Notes under the pieces: model-generated
Databases searched by the model: none
The model's input: only the letters and a program-made list of their open reading frames with translations
What the model was told of the DNA's origin: nothing
Shown: piece by piece, positions 39,970 through 51,824 of the stretch
How positions within the stretch are numbered: position 1 is the stretch's first letter
Layout: each line of letters opens with the position of its first letter
Made by a program: the position numbers and the translations under genes
Origin: Candidatus Stammera capleta
GTDB lineage: Bacteria; Pseudomonadota; Gammaproteobacteria; Enterobacterales; Enterobacteriaceae
DNA: 64,000 nt
Assembly: GCA_036689335.1 (NCBI GenBank)
Contig: CP144796.1
Coordinates: 10,338-74,337 of the forward strand
Direction of reading: 5' to 3'

Positions 39970-40683
39970 ATGGGTCAAAAAGTTAATCCTAATGTAATTA
40001 GATTAGGTATTACTAAAATGTGAAATTCTTCTTGATTTGCTAATAAAAAAGATTTTTCCAGTAATTTAGAAAGTGATTATATGGTAAGAAAATTTTTATT
40101 TAGTAAATTATCTAAAGCTTTGATTTCTAAAATATTAATTGAAAGACCAGCAAAAAAAAGTATTAGAATTACTATATATACTGCTCGTCCTGGAATAGTT
40201 ATAGGTAAAAAAGGAGAAGATATTGAAAAGTTAAAAAAAAAAATTACTTTTATTACTGGTGTAACTTGTCAAATTAATATTTCTGAAATTCGTAAACCAG
40301 AATTAGATGCTAAATTAATAGCAGATAATATTTCTATACAGTTAGAACGAAGGATTATGTTTAGAAGGGTTATGAAAAGAGTTATTAATAATGCTATTCG
40401 TTTAGGTGCTAAAGGTATTAAATTAGAAGTAAGTGGTAGATTAGGAGGAACTGAAATAGCTAGAAGAGAATGATATAGAGAAGGTAGAGTTCCTTTACAT
40501 ACTTTAAGAGCTGATATAGATTATAGTTTTTCACAAGCTTTTACTAATTATGGTGTTATAGGAATTAAGGTATGAATATTTAAAGGTGAAATTTTAGATA
40601 AATTTTATCCTATTAAGTTATATAATAGTAATGTTTTAAGTATAAGAAGGTATTTTAAAAGAATTCGTAGAAAGTTTAAATAA
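39970..40683 (+). CDS. rpsC: 30S ribosomal protein S3
   Basis: [24 protein letters not shown]... ..[30 protein letters not shown]. About 4 TGA=Trp. AGGAGG Shine-Dalgarno upstream. Confidence 0.96.
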
Positions 40684-40711
40684 TTAATATTTATGAAAGG
40701 TATATAATTAT

Positions 40712-41110
40712 ATGTTACAGCCTAAAAAAACTAAATATAGAAAGGTACAAAAGGGACGTAATAAAGGTATATCTAATGATATAAATTTAAATTTTGGTAA
40801 ATTTGGTTTAAAAGCAATTACTAGAGGAAGTATTTCTTCAAAACAAATTGAAGCGGCTCGTCGTGTAATATCTCGTACTATTAAAAGACAAGGATTTTTA
40901 TGGATTAGAATATTTCCAGATAAACCTATTACTAAAAAACCATTGGAAATACGTATGGGTAAAGGTAAAGGTAATGTTGAATATTGAGTGTCAGTTATTA
41001 AACCTGGTAAAATTTTATATGAATTAGATGGTGTAGATGAAAAAATAGCTAGAAAGGCTTTTAAATTAGCTGGTGACAAATTATCTGTTAAAACTATGTT
41101 TGTAATTTAA
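40712..41110 (+). CDS. rplP: 50S ribosomal protein L16
   Basis: [17 protein letters not shown]......FG.FGLKA..RG.I...QIEAARR...R. Continues past TGA 40985-40987 (..GNVEYWV..). Confidence 0.96.
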
Positions 41111-41120
41111 AAATTTTATT

Positions 41121-41345
41121 ATGATTAATAGTAAGGAATATTTCGAAAATAAAAGTATTAAAGAATTAAATATTGAATTATTTAATTTACGTAAAGAATA
41201 TTTAAATTTACGTATTCAATTATCTTCTGGTAAATTAAAAAAAACCCATTTAATACGTTTATGTAAAAAAAATATAGCTCGTATTAAAACTTTTTTAAAT
41301 TATAAAGGTGTTGTTTGTGTTAATAAAGAAAAAGAAAAAAATTAA
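41121..41345 (+). CDS. rpmC: 50S ribosomal protein L29
   Basis: 74 aa, ..ELNIELFNLRKEYLNLRIQLSSGKL. Confidence 0.9.
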   Translation: MINSKEYFENKSIKELNIELFNLRKEYLNLRIQLSSGKLKKTHLIRLCKKNIARIKTFLNYKGVVCVNKEKEKN

Positions 41346-41574
41346 ATGTTATGTTTTAAGTAATAGAATGAATAAAACTTTGGTTGTTTATATTCCTAGA
41401 ATTATTAAACATGATATTTATAAAAAATATATAAAGAAGAATATTAAAATATATGTTCATGATGAAAATAATGTATGTAAAATAGGAGATCTTATTGAAA
41501 TAAAAGAGTGTAAACCATTTTCTAAAAAAAAATCTTGAGTTTTTTGTAAAATAATTAAATCTGTTAATAGGTAA
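41308..41574 (+). CDS. rpsQ: 30S ribosomal protein S17 (start codon uncertain: GTG 41308, TTG 41311 or GTG 41317)
   Basis: ..[63 protein letters not shown].. matches S17. One TGA=Trp. Overlaps the rpmC 3' end. Confidence 0.9.
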
Positions 41575-41581
41575 TAATATT

Positions 41582-41953
41582 ATGATACAAGAGAGGTCAT
41601 TATTATATGTAGCAGATAATTCTGGTGCTAAAATTGTAATGTGTATTAGAGTTTTAGGTGGCACTAATCGTAGATATGCTAATATTGGAGATATTATTAA
41701 AGTAGTTGTAAAAGATATTATTTCTAAAAGTAAAGTATTAAAAGGTGAGGTATTAAAAGCAGTTGTTATAAGAACTAGATATGGTATTTCTAGATCAGAT
41801 GGTTCATTTGTTAAATTTGATAGTAATTCTTGTGTTTTATTAAATAATTCCAATGAACAACCTATAGGTACTAGAATTTTTGGACCTATTACTAGGGAAT
41901 TAAAATTAGATAAATTTATTAAAATTATATCTCTTGCTCCAGAAGTAATTTAA
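41582..41953 (+). CDS. rplN: 50S ribosomal protein L14
   Basis: [38 protein letters not shown]. Confidence 0.97.
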   Translation: MIQERSLLYVADNSGAKIVMCIRVLGGTNRRYANIGDIIKVVVKDIISKSKVLKGEVLKAVVIRTRYGISRSDGSFVKFDSNSCVLLNNSNEQPIGTRIFGPITRELKLDKFIKIISLAPEVI

Positions 41954-41968
41954 TTCAAGGATAATTAT

Positions 41969-42277
41969 ATGTCTTCTAAATTTCGTTTAAATGATGAAGT
42001 TATTATTATTAGTGGTAAAGATAAAGGCAAAAAAGGTACAATAAAAAAAATATTTAAAAATAAAGTTATTATTGATGGTATAAATTTAGTAATTAAACAT
42101 CAAAAATCTATTCCATCAAAAAATATTATAGGAGGTAAAATTTATAAAGAATCTTTTATAAGTATTTCTAATATTAGTCATTTTTGTAAAAATTCTAATA
42201 AAAATTCTAAAATAGGTTTTAAATTTATTAATAATAAAAAAGTTCGTTATTTTAAATGTAGTAAAATAATTTTTTAA
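41969..42277 (+). CDS. rplX: 50S ribosomal protein L24
   Basis: 102 aa, ..RLNDEVIIISGKDKGKKGTIKK KOW motif. Order is L14-L24-L5. Confidence 0.92.
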   Translation: MSSKFRLNDEVIIISGKDKGKKGTIKKIFKNKVIIDGINLVIKHQKSIPSKNIIGGKIYKESFISISNISHFCKNSNKNSKIGFKFINNKKVRYFKCSKIIF

Positions 42278-42285
42278 AATTTTAT

Positions 42286-42828
42286 ATGAGTAATTTATTA
42301 ATTTTATATAAAAATGTTATTATTAAGAAATTAATAGATAAATTTTGTTATAAATCCATAATGCAAGTACCTAAAATAATTAAAATAATATTAAGTATTA
42401 GTTTAAATCATATTAATTTAGAAAAAAAAAGATTAAATGATGTATGTCAAAATTTAAAATTAATTTCTGGACAAAAACCTATAATAACTAAATGTAAAAA
42501 ATCTATAGCTAATTTCAAAATACGTAAAGGTTATCCTATTGGATGTAAAGTGACTTTAAGAAAAAAAAATATGTGAAATTTTTTAGATAGACTAATTTTT
42601 ATATCTATACCTGGTATTAGAGATTTTAGAGGTTTTTCTATAAAATCTTTTGATAAATATGCTAATTTAAATATAGGTATTAAAGAACAAACTATTTTTC
42701 CTGAAATTGATTACGAAAAAGTAGTTTATATTCATGGATTAAATATATCTATAATAACTAATACTAATATTATAGAAGAATCTTGTTATTTGTTAGAAAA
42801 ACTTTATTTTCCATTTTTAGATAATTAA
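42286..42828 (+). CDS. rplE: 50S ribosomal protein L5
   Basis: ..[51 protein letters not shown]. One TGA=Trp at 42574-42576. Confidence 0.94.
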
Positions 42829-42852
42829 TTTAATTAATATAAATAAATTTAT

Positions 42853-43158
42853 ATGACTAGAAAATCAATTATAGAACGTGAAAAAAAAAGGTCTTATTTA
42901 ATTAAAAAATTTTATTTTAAAAGAAAAAGATTGAAAAAAATTATATCTAGTGATAAAACTTCTAATAAAAATAGGTGAAAAGCTATTGTTAAATTACAAT
43001 CTTTACCTAGAAACTCAAGTATTGTACGTCATCATAATAGATGTAAATTAACAGGTAGACCTCATGCTTATTTACGTAAATTTGGTTTAAGTAGAATTAA
43101 GTTTCGTGAATTTGCTGTTATGGGATATATACCTGGATTAAAAAAATCTAGTTGATAA
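42853..43158 (+). CDS. rpsN: 30S ribosomal protein S14
   Basis: [59 protein letters not shown]. The terminal W is TGA 43153-43155, followed by TAA. Confidence 0.94.
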
Positions 43159-43183
43159 TTTAAAAATTTAAGGTATTTATTTT

Positions 43184-43579
43184 ATGAGTATGCAAGATCC
43201 TGTTAGTAATATGTTAACTTGTATAAGAAATTCTCAATTATCAAAAAAAGATAATGTTTTAATTTATTATTCAAAATTTAAAGAATCTATTTTAAAAATA
43301 TTTTGAAAAGAAGGTTTTATAAAAAATTATTCTTTAATAAATAATAATTTTAAAAAATATATTTTAATAAAATTAAAATATTTTACTGGTTTACCTGTTA
43401 TATCAAAATTAAAAAGAATAAGTCGACCAGGTTTAAGAGTTTATTTGCCTTTTAATAAATTACCTATTATAAAATCTGGTTTAGGTATTTTAATTATATC
43501 TACTTCTAAGGGGGTTTTATCAGATAAAGAGGCTCGTTTATATAAAATTGGTGGAGAAATAATTTGTTATATTTTCTAA
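43184..43579 (+). CDS. rpsH: 30S ribosomal protein S8
   Basis: MSMQDPVSNMLTCIRNSQ......V......K..IL.I...EGFIK.. ..ISRPGLRVY..GLGILIISTSKGVLSDKEAR...IGGEIICYIF. Confidence 0.95.
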
Positions 43580-43593
43580 ATTAAAGGTTAAAT

Positions 43594-44139
43594 ATGTCTC
43601 GTATTGCTAAAAAACCTATTATTATTCCTGAATCTATTTCAGTAAAAATTGAAGGTAAAAAAATTTTTTTAAAAAGAAAAAAATTACAAGTTTTTAAAGT
43701 TATTCATAAATCTGTAGTACCTGTTTTAGAAAATAAAAAACTTTTTTTTAAAGTTAAAAATAATTTAAAAAAAAATAAAATGTATGTTGGAACAACAAGA
43801 TCTATAATATTTAATATTATCAATGGAATGATGTATGGTTATACAAAGATATTATTAATAGTAGGTGTAGGTTATAAAGCTATTGTTGAAAATAATATTT
43901 TATCTTTAAGTTTAGGTTTTTCTCATATTATACATTATAATATTCCATTAAATATAAATATTAAATGTTCTGATGCTAATGAAATTATTATTACTGGTTG
44001 AGATAAACAATTAGTAGGTTGTGTAGCAGCCACAATACGTTCTTTTCGTCCTCCAGAACATTATAAAAAAGGAAAAGGTATACGTTATGTGAATGAAAAA
44101 GTACGTATTAAAGAACACAAAAAAAAACTAAGTAAATAG
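43594..44139 (+). CDS. rplF: 50S ribosomal protein L6
   Basis: [11 protein letters not shown]. Continues after TGA 43999-44001: ..[29 protein letters not shown] stop. Confidence 0.94.
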
Positions 44140-44154
44140 TTTAATAATAAAAAT

Positions 44155-44511
44155 ATGATAAATAAAAGAAAAAAACGTTTATATAGATGTAAAAAAATGC
44201 GTTGTATTTTAAGGAAAGAAAATAAATTACGTTTAGTGGTTTATAAAACTGCATGACATATATATACTCAAATTATATCTTATAAAGATGGTTTTTCTAA
44301 AGTTTTGGTTTCAGCCTCTACTTTAGAAAAAAAAAATAATATAAAATATGGGGGTAATAAAATAGCTGCTAAAAATATAGGTAAAATTATTGCTTTAAAA
44401 GCAATTAAAAAAGGTATATTAAATGTTGTCTGTGATCGTTCAGGTTTTAAATACCATGGTAGAATTAAAATTCTAGCAGATAATGCAAGAAAATATGGTT
44501 TAATATTTTAA
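44155..44511 (+). CDS. rplR: 50S ribosomal protein L18
   Basis: [16 protein letters not shown]......[16 protein letters not shown]... ..[21 protein letters not shown]. One TGA=Trp. Confidence 0.93.
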
Positions 44512-44524
44512 ATTAGAGTTTTTT

Positions 44525-45028
44525 ATGATTAAATCTAATAATAATAATGAGTTTTATGAAAAATTAGTTTCTGTAAATAGGGTTTCTAAAACAGTTAAAG
44601 GAGGTAGAGTTTTTTCTTTTACAGCTTTAACAGTAGTAGGAGATAAAAATGGTAAAATTGGTTATGGATATGGTAAAGCTCGTGAAGTTCCTTTAGCTAT
44701 TCAGAAAGCTATAGATAAATCTCGTAAAAATATGATATTTATTTTATTAAATAAAAGAAAAACTATAAGATATGAATTAAAAAGCACATATGTAAGTACA
44801 AAAGTTTTTATTAAACCAGCTTCAGAAGGTACGGGTATTATTGCTGGTAAAACTATGAGAGCTATTTTTGAAGCTGTTGGAATTAAAAATGTTTTAGCTA
44901 AATTATATGGTTCTAGTAATCCTTTAAATGTTATAAAAGCAACTATTAAAGCTTTACAAAGTATTAAATCTCCTCTTTATATAGCTAAAAAAAGAGGTAA
45001 ATTTTTAAAGGAAATATTTGTATTTTAA
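44525..45028 (+). CDS. rpsE: 30S ribosomal protein S5
   Basis: 167 aa, ..[48 protein letters not shown]. Confidence 0.97.
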   Translation: MIKSNNNNEFYEKLVSVNRVSKTVKGGRVFSFTALTVVGDKNGKIGYGYGKAREVPLAIQKAIDKSRKNMIFILLNKRKTIRYELKSTYVSTKVFIKPASEGTGIIAGKTMRAIFEAVGIKNVLAKLYGSSNPLNVIKATIKALQSIKSPLYIAKKRGKFLKEIFVF

Positions 45029-45055
45029 TTTCAAAATTTATATTTGGTTAAATTG

Positions 45056-45487
45056 ATGGTTATTTATTTAAATAATTTGTTAAGTAATGTTAAAAAAAAA
45101 GTTAAAAAAAGAGTGGGTAGAGGTATAGGTTCTGGTTTAGGAAAAACTTGTGGTAAAGGACATAAAGGTCAGAAATGTAGATCTGGAGGTAAAATTAGAA
45201 GATGTTATGAAGGTGGTCAAACTCCATTTTATAGGAGAATACCTAAATTTGGTTTTAAAAATTTTAACTCTAAGAAAATATTTCAATTACGTATTTGTGA
45301 TTTAAATATATTTAATGATAATAGTTTAATAAATTTAAAAAAATTAAAATCTAAGAAATTAGTTCCTTTGAGAGCAAAATTAGTTAAAATAATATTAAAT
45401 GGTAAGTTTAAAAGAAAAAATATTAGATTTAGTAATAAAAATATAAAATTTTCTTCTGGTGTAAATAAAATTATTAAAAATAAATAA
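45056..45487 (+). CDS. rplO: 50S ribosomal protein L15
   Basis: ..[48 protein letters not shown] 45056 chosen within track ORF 45044-45487. Confidence 0.93.
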   Translation: MVIYLNNLLSNVKKKVKKRVGRGIGSGLGKTCGKGHKGQKCRSGGKIRRCYEGGQTPFYRRIPKFGFKNFNSKKIFQLRICDLNIFNDNSLINLKKLKSKKLVPLRAKLVKIILNGKFKRKNIRFSNKNIKFSSGVNKIIKNK

Positions 45488-45500
45488 TTTTTATAAAAAT

Positions 45501-46814
45501 ATGAATATTAAGAATTTTATTTTTGACAGTATATTAAATAATTTACAGAACTTAAAAAGTAGATTATTATTTTTATTTTTTTCTATAATTGTATTACGTA
45601 CTGGTGTATTTATTCCTATACCAGGAATAAATTTATATTTATTAAATAATTTACTTAGTACGACTAATAGTAGTTTTATAGATATATTCAATATATTTTC
45701 TGGTGGTTCTTTGTTTCATGCTTCTATTTTTGCTTTAGGAATTATGCCTTATATATCTTCTTCTATTATTATGCAATTATTTACTGTTATTTTTCCTTAT
45801 TTTATAGAATTTAAAGATGAAGGTAGTAGTGGTAAATATAAACTGAGTCAATATACACGTTATTTAACATTAATTATTTCTATAGTTCAAGCTTGTGCTT
45901 TATCTACAACTATTACTCATTTACCTATTTTAAAAGATATAGTACTTGATAAGGGTATGAAATTTTATTTTATTTCTATTACTACTTTAGTTACTGGTAC
46001 TATGTTTTTAATGTGATTAGGAGAACAAATATCCGAGAGAGGTATAGGAAATGGTATATCAGTAATTATTTTTACTGGTATTATATCTAGTTTACCTAAA
46101 TCGTTATTTAATTTATTTTATCAAATAAAAAATAATAATATTACTTATTATAAAGTTTTGTTAATTTTTTTTTTAGTTATATATACTATATATTTTATAG
46201 TTTTTATGGAAATATCTCAAAGGAAAATACTTATACAATATGCTTCTTATAGATATCAATATAATAGATATTTTCCTTCTGATACTTATTTACCTTTTAA
46301 AATTAATATGTCTGGTGTTATTCCAGCTATATTTACTTCTAGTGTTATGATGTTTCCTTATGTATTATTATTTTGATTTAAAAATAATATTTATTTTAGT
46401 TGAATATTTAATTTATTAAATTTTATTTATCCAAAAAGTTTTTTATATTTAATAATTTATTTATTTTTAATAATATTTTTTTCTTTTTTTTATACATTAT
46501 TAATGTATAATTCTAATGATATCGCTAATAATTTAAAAAAATCTGGTGCTTATATTTCTGGCATTCGTCCTGGTGAAAGTACATCATTATATATTAAAGG
46601 TATAATTTTAAGATTAACTTTATTAGGTTCTTTATATATGTCTATAGTATGTTTGATACCTGATTTTATGTCTGATATTATTGGTGTTTCTTTTTATTTT
46701 GGTGGAACATCTTTATTAATTGTTATAGTTGTTATAATAGAATTTATAACTCAAATTCAGACATTAATAATGTCTAATAATTATTTATCTATGTTAAAAA
46801 AAATTAATTTTTAA
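45501..46814 (+). CDS. secY: Preprotein translocase subunit SecY
   Basis: Three track ORFs in one frame joined by TGA: ..[17 protein letters not shown].. ..[27 protein letters not shown].. ..[19 protein letters not shown]. Confidence 0.95.
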
Positions 46815-46818
46815 ATAT

Positions 46819-46935
46819 ATGAAAGTTAGAGCGTCGATAAAAAAATTTTGTTTTTTTTGTAAAATTGTAAAACGTAAAGGTATATTGAGGGTTATATGTA
46901 ATTCTAATCCTAAACATAAACAACGTCAAGGATAG
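46819..46935 (+). CDS. rpmJ: 50S ribosomal protein L36
   Basis: [41 protein letters not shown] stop. Below the ORF-track length cutoff. Confidence 0.93.
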   Translation: MKVRASIKKFCFFCKIVKRKGILRVICNSNPKHKQRQG

Positions 46936-46972
46936 AAATATTAGTAATTTAAATTATTTAAGGAATATAATA

Positions 46973-47323
46973 ATGATTAGAATATCTGGTGTTAGTATTT
47001 TTGATAATAAGAATATTATGTATGCTTTAACATCTATTTATGGTATAGGTAAATCTAGGTCTAAATATATTTGTGATACTTTAAATATAAATTATTTTTC
47101 TAAAATTAGTGATTTGAGTTCTGATAAATTAAATTTAATAAGAAATGAAGTATCTAAATTTTTAATTGAAGGAGATTTACGTAGGGAAATAATGTTAAAT
47201 ATTAAAAGATTAGTAGATTTAAATTGTTATAGAGGTTTACGTCATAGAAAACATTTGCCTGTAAGAGGTCAAAGGACAAGAACAAATGCTAAAACTTGTA
47301 GAAAATTACGTATTTTAAAATAA
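46973..47323 (+). CDS. rpsM: 30S ribosomal protein S13
   Basis: 116 aa, MIRISGV.I......[14 protein letters not shown]... ..[19 protein letters not shown]. Confidence 0.96.
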   Translation: MIRISGVSIFDNKNIMYALTSIYGIGKSRSKYICDTLNINYFSKISDLSSDKLNLIRNEVSKFLIEGDLRREIMLNIKRLVDLNCYRGLRHRKHLPVRGQRTRTNAKTCRKLRILK

Positions 47324-47336
47324 TAGGTAGATTAAT

Positions 47337-47726
47337 ATGTCTAAATTTTTAAAAAAAAATAGAAGAAAAATTAAAAGACAAGTTTTGAATGCTGTAGCTC
47401 ATATATATTCTTCTTTTAATAATACTATTGTTAGTGTTACAGATAATAATGGTAATGTCTTAGGTTGATCTACTTCTGGTGGATCTGGTTTTAGAGGATC
47501 TAGAAAATCTACTCCTTTTGCAGCTCAAATAGCAACTGAAAAATGTATTGAAACTATTAAAATTTATGGTATTAAAAATTTAGAAATTATGGTTAGTGGT
47601 CCTGGTCCAGGAAGAGAATCTAGTATTAGAACTTTTAATGCTGCTGGTTTTAATATTATTAGTATTAATGATGTTACTCCAATTCCACATAATGGTTGTC
47701 GTCCTCCTAAAAGAAGACGTGTATAA
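47337..47726 (+). CDS. rpsK: 30S ribosomal protein S11
   Basis: ..[44 protein letters not shown]... ..[20 protein letters not shown]. One TGA=Trp. Confidence 0.96.
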
Positions 47727-47757
47727 TATTTTATTAAAATTTTAAATTTTAAATTAT

Positions 47758-48378
47758 ATGGCTAAATATTTAGGTGCAAAATTAAAATTAAGTCGTAGAG
47801 AAGGAAGTGATTTATTTTTGAAATCTGGTTTACGTGATATAGAATCTAAATGTAAATTAGATAGATTACCAGGTCAACATGGATATAAAAAATCTAGATT
47901 ATCTGATTATGGTTTACAATTACGTGCTAAGCAAAAAATTCGTCGTATTTATGGAATATTAGAAAATCAATTTTTTAATTATTATAAAAAATCATTACGT
48001 TTAAAAGGTAATACAGGAAGTATATTATTGAAATTTTTAGAAAGAAGATTAGATAATGTTGTTTATAGAATGGGGTTTAGTGTTACTAGATGTGAAGCTC
48101 GTCAATTAATAAACCATAAATCTATAATGGTAAATAATAATATTGTTAATATTTCTTCTTTTGAAGTTTTTCCTGGAGATGTTATTAAAGTAGTTAAAAA
48201 ATCTTGTAATCAAGATCGTATTAAATATTCTTTAGAACTTTCTCAGCAACGTGAATTGTCTTCTTGATTAGAAGTAAATTACAAAAATATGGAAGGTATA
48301 TTTAAGAATGTACCTAAACGTATTTTAATTTCTGCTGATATACAAGAACATCTTGTGTTAGAATTTTATTCTAAATAA
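47758..48378 (+). CDS. rpsD: 30S ribosomal protein S4
   Basis: [24 protein letters not shown]... ..[22 protein letters not shown]. Continues after TGA 48265-48267. Confidence 0.96.
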
Positions 48379-48422
48379 TAATTATATTTTTTAGTTTTAA
48401 AATATTGAGGTATAGTTTTTTT

Positions 48423-49436
48423 ATGTTTACTACATTAGAATTTATTAAACCTAAGTTAGTTAATATAGAAAATATATCTAAAACATGTTCTAGATTAGTT
48501 TTAGAACCTTTAGAAAAAGGTTTTGGTTATACATTAGGTAATGCTCTTAGACGTGTTTTATTATCTTCTATATCTGGTTATGCAGTTACAGAAGTAGAAA
48601 TTGATGGTGTATTACATGAATATAGTGTAAAAAATGGTTTATTAGAAGATATAATAGAAGTTCTTTTAAATTTAAAAAAATTATCTATTAAATTAGATGA
48701 TGATAGAGAGGAAGCTATTCTTTATTTAAATAAAAGTGGTTTAGGTCCAGTTTTAGCATCTGATTTGACTTGTGATCATAATTTTTATTTAGTTAATCCT
48801 AATCATGTTATTTGTAATATTACTGATGCAAATATTTCTATCAATATGCGTATTTATATTAACCTGGGAGTAGGATATGAATCTGCTTCTTCTAGAATTA
48901 GAAATATTAAAGAAGTAAATAAAAATATAAAAGTAGGTAAATTATTTTTAGATGCTTATTATTCTCCTATAGAACGTATTTCTTATAAAGTTGAATCAAC
49001 TCGTTTAAAACAACGTATAGATTTAGATAAATTGATTATTGATGTTTATACTAATGGTACTATAAAACCTGAGTTTGCTATACGTAGAGCAGCTAAAATT
49101 TTAGTTGATCAGTTAAGTTCTTTTATAAATTTAGATGATAAAAGTATTAAAGAAGTAAAAAAAAGTAAATTACCTTTTGATCCTATATTATTATCTTTAG
49201 TTGATGATTTAGAACTTACTGTAAGATCAGCAAATTGTTTAAAAGCTGAATCTATTCATTATATAGGTGATTTAGTTCAAAAAACTGAAATAGAATTATT
49301 AAAAACTCCTAATTTAGGTAAAAAATCATTAACTGAGATAAAAAATGTTTTACTTTCTAAAGGATTAACTTTAGGTATGAAAATAAATAATTGAGATAAT
49401 AATATTTTATCAAAAAATAATTTTAAAAAAGGTTAA
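48423..49436 (+). CDS. rpoA: DNA-directed RNA polymerase subunit alpha
   Basis: [58 protein letters not shown]... ..[49 protein letters not shown]=Trp at 49392-49394, TAA 49434-49436. Confidence 0.97.
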
Positions 49437-49446
49437 TTATAAATAT

Positions 49447-49806
49447 ATGCGTCATAAAAAGAAAGGTCGTAAATTGAATCGTAATAGTAGTCATAGAAAT
49501 TGTATGTTTAAAAATATGGTTAATTCTTTAATAGTATATGAAAGAATAAAAACTACTATTTCAAAAGCTAAAGAATTAAGATGTTATATTGAATCAATAA
49601 TTAGTATGATTTTAAGTAAAAAAAAAAATTCTATAAATTTTTTATTTTCTTATATAAGAAATAAAAATATTATTTATAAATTAATAAATATTATTATACC
49701 AAGATTTATGGATTCTAATGGAGGTTATGTTAGGATATTAAAATGTGGTTTTAGAAATGGTGATAATGCACCTATGGTTTATATAGATATTTTGAATAAA
49801 AAATAA
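49447..49806 (+). CDS. rplQ: 50S ribosomal protein L17
   Basis: MRHKKKGRKLNRNSSHRNCMFKNM..SLI..ERI.TT..KAKELR. ..GGY.RILK.GFR.GDNAPM. Confidence 0.95.
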   Translation: MRHKKKGRKLNRNSSHRNCMFKNMVNSLIVYERIKTTISKAKELRCYIESIISMILSKKKNSINFLFSYIRNKNIIYKLINIIIPRFMDSNGGYVRILKCGFRNGDNAPMVYIDILNKK

Positions 49807-49839
49807 TTTATCTAATATTTTGTTTAATTTATTAAATTT

Positions 49840-50925
49840 ATGGTTAGACCTATATTTAGTGTATTAAATATTAATAATTTAAAAAATAATTTTTTTATTA
49901 TACGTAAATTATCTAAAAATAGAAATATATGGATAGTAATTAAAGGTGATGCTTATGGTCATGGAATTGATAATATATATAATATATTATCTGGTTATGT
50001 AGATGGTTTTGCTGTATTAAGTATTTCAGAAGCTTTACATTTGCGTTTTTTAGGTTGATTAAAACCTATTCTATTATTAGAAGGTTTTTTTGATATTGAA
50101 GAAATTTATTTATGTTTAAAATTTAGTATTGATGTAGTTATTCATAGTAAATGACAGGTAAATTTATTTAAAAAAGTTTTTTTTTTAAATAAAAAAATAA
50201 ATGTTTATTTAAAATTAAATAGTAATATAAATAGATTAGGTTTTTATGTTAATGAATTTAAATATATTTATAAAATTTTAAATTCTAATAATATTGTTAA
50301 AAATTTATCTTTAATATTTCATTATACATTTTCAAGTAAATATAAAAATATTTTTTCTTTAAAAAAAAAAATTTATAAAATTTTAAATTTAAATTTTAAA
50401 AATATATCTCTTACTAGTTCTTTGGGATTAATTAATAAAATCAATGATATTTATAGTAATTGATATAGAGTAGGAATATTATTATATGGTTTATCTCCTA
50501 CAGGAGATATGTGTGATATATTGAATTATGGTTTTAAACCTGTAATGAATTTTATTAGTAAAATAATTAGTATTAAAAAAATAAAAAAAAATCAATGTAT
50601 AGGTTATAATTGTAGTTTTTATTCTGAAATTGAAAGATTTATAGGAATAGTTGCTTGTGGATACGCAGATGGATATCCTAGACAATTATCTAATAAATAT
50701 TATGTTTTAGTAAACTATAAATTTAAAGCTAAAATATTAGGATATATATCTATGGATATGATGGTAATAGATTTATTAGATAATAAAAATATTAATATTG
50801 GAGATGAAGTTGAATTATGAGGGGAAAATTTATATGTTGATAATATATCTAAAATAGCAAATACAATTAGTTATGATTTAATTAGTGGTATAAATAAAAA
50901 TAGAGTTTTTTATAAATTAAAATAA
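49840..50925 (+). CDS. alr: Alanine racemase
   Basis: Single frame with about 4 TGA=Trp. PLP-lysine context VIKGDAYGHG, ..NSNINRLGF.., ..RVGILLYGLSP.., ..VACGYADGYPR.., ..ISMDMMVIDL... Confidence 0.9.
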
Positions 50926-50943
50926 TTTTTTGTATTTTATTGT

Positions 50944-51810
50944 ATGTTTACTATTCAAAAATTAATTTCTAAATTAATTAAATATTGATCTAGATTGGGA
51001 AGTTGTTTTATGCAGTCTTTAGATTTAGAAATTGGAGCTGGAACTTTTCATCCTATTACTTTTTTTAATGCTTTAAAAGGTAATTATTCTTTTTTTTCTT
51101 ATGTTCAATTATGTAGAAGACCATTAGATGGTAGATATGGAAAAAATTATTATAGATTACAACAATATTATCAATTTCAAGTTATTATAAAACCTACTTT
51201 AGTTGACATTCAAGATATATATATAAATTCATTAAGATATATTGGTATTGATTTATCTAAGTGTGAATTACGTTTTATAGAAGATAATTGAGAAAATCCT
51301 ACTTTAGGAGTGTATGGAGTTGGTTGAGAAGTATGATTAAATGGCATGGAAATTACTCAATTTACTTATTTTCAAAATATTTCTGGTTTTAATTGTAATC
51401 CTGTTTTAATTGAAATTACTTATGGATTAGAAAGATTATCTTTATATCTACAAAATATTACTAATATATATAATTTGGTATGGTATAATAAAGGGAATAA
51501 ATTTATAAAGTACAAAGATATTTTTTTAGAAAATGAGGTAGAGAAATCTTTGTATAATTTTCATAATTCTAATGTTAATTTTTTATTAAATTGTTTTATT
51601 AATTTTGAGTCTGAAGCTTTGAGATTAATTTCTTTTAAAAAACCTTTTATTATTTCTTCTTATGAATTTGTAATTAAAATGGTACATTATTTTAATTTAT
51701 TGGATACTAGAAATTATTTTTCTAGTATTGAGAGACAAAATTTTATTTTACGTATAAGAAATTTATTTCATGAAATAGCTAAAAGATATATTTTTTATGA
51801 AAAAAAATAA
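50944..51810 (+). CDS. glyQ: Glycine--tRNA ligase alpha subunit
   Basis: MFTIQKLISKLIKYWS..GC...Q..DLEIGAGTFHP.TF..AL......YVQ.CRRP.DGRYG.N.YRLQ.YYQFQV..KP... ..[27 protein letters not shown]. 4 TGA=Trp. Confidence 0.95.
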
Positions 51811-51824
51811 AATGGTAAATCTAA

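Noticed and set aside
45044-45055. A TTG start at 45044 for rplO, as given by the ORF track, and likewise TTG 48405 for rpoA and the upstream part of track ORFs 15131 (mutS) and 39524 (rplV).
   Set aside because: Alignment with the E. coli N-termini favours the internal ATGs (45056, 48423, 15194, 39614). The upstream extensions overlap the preceding gene or add non-homologous residues.
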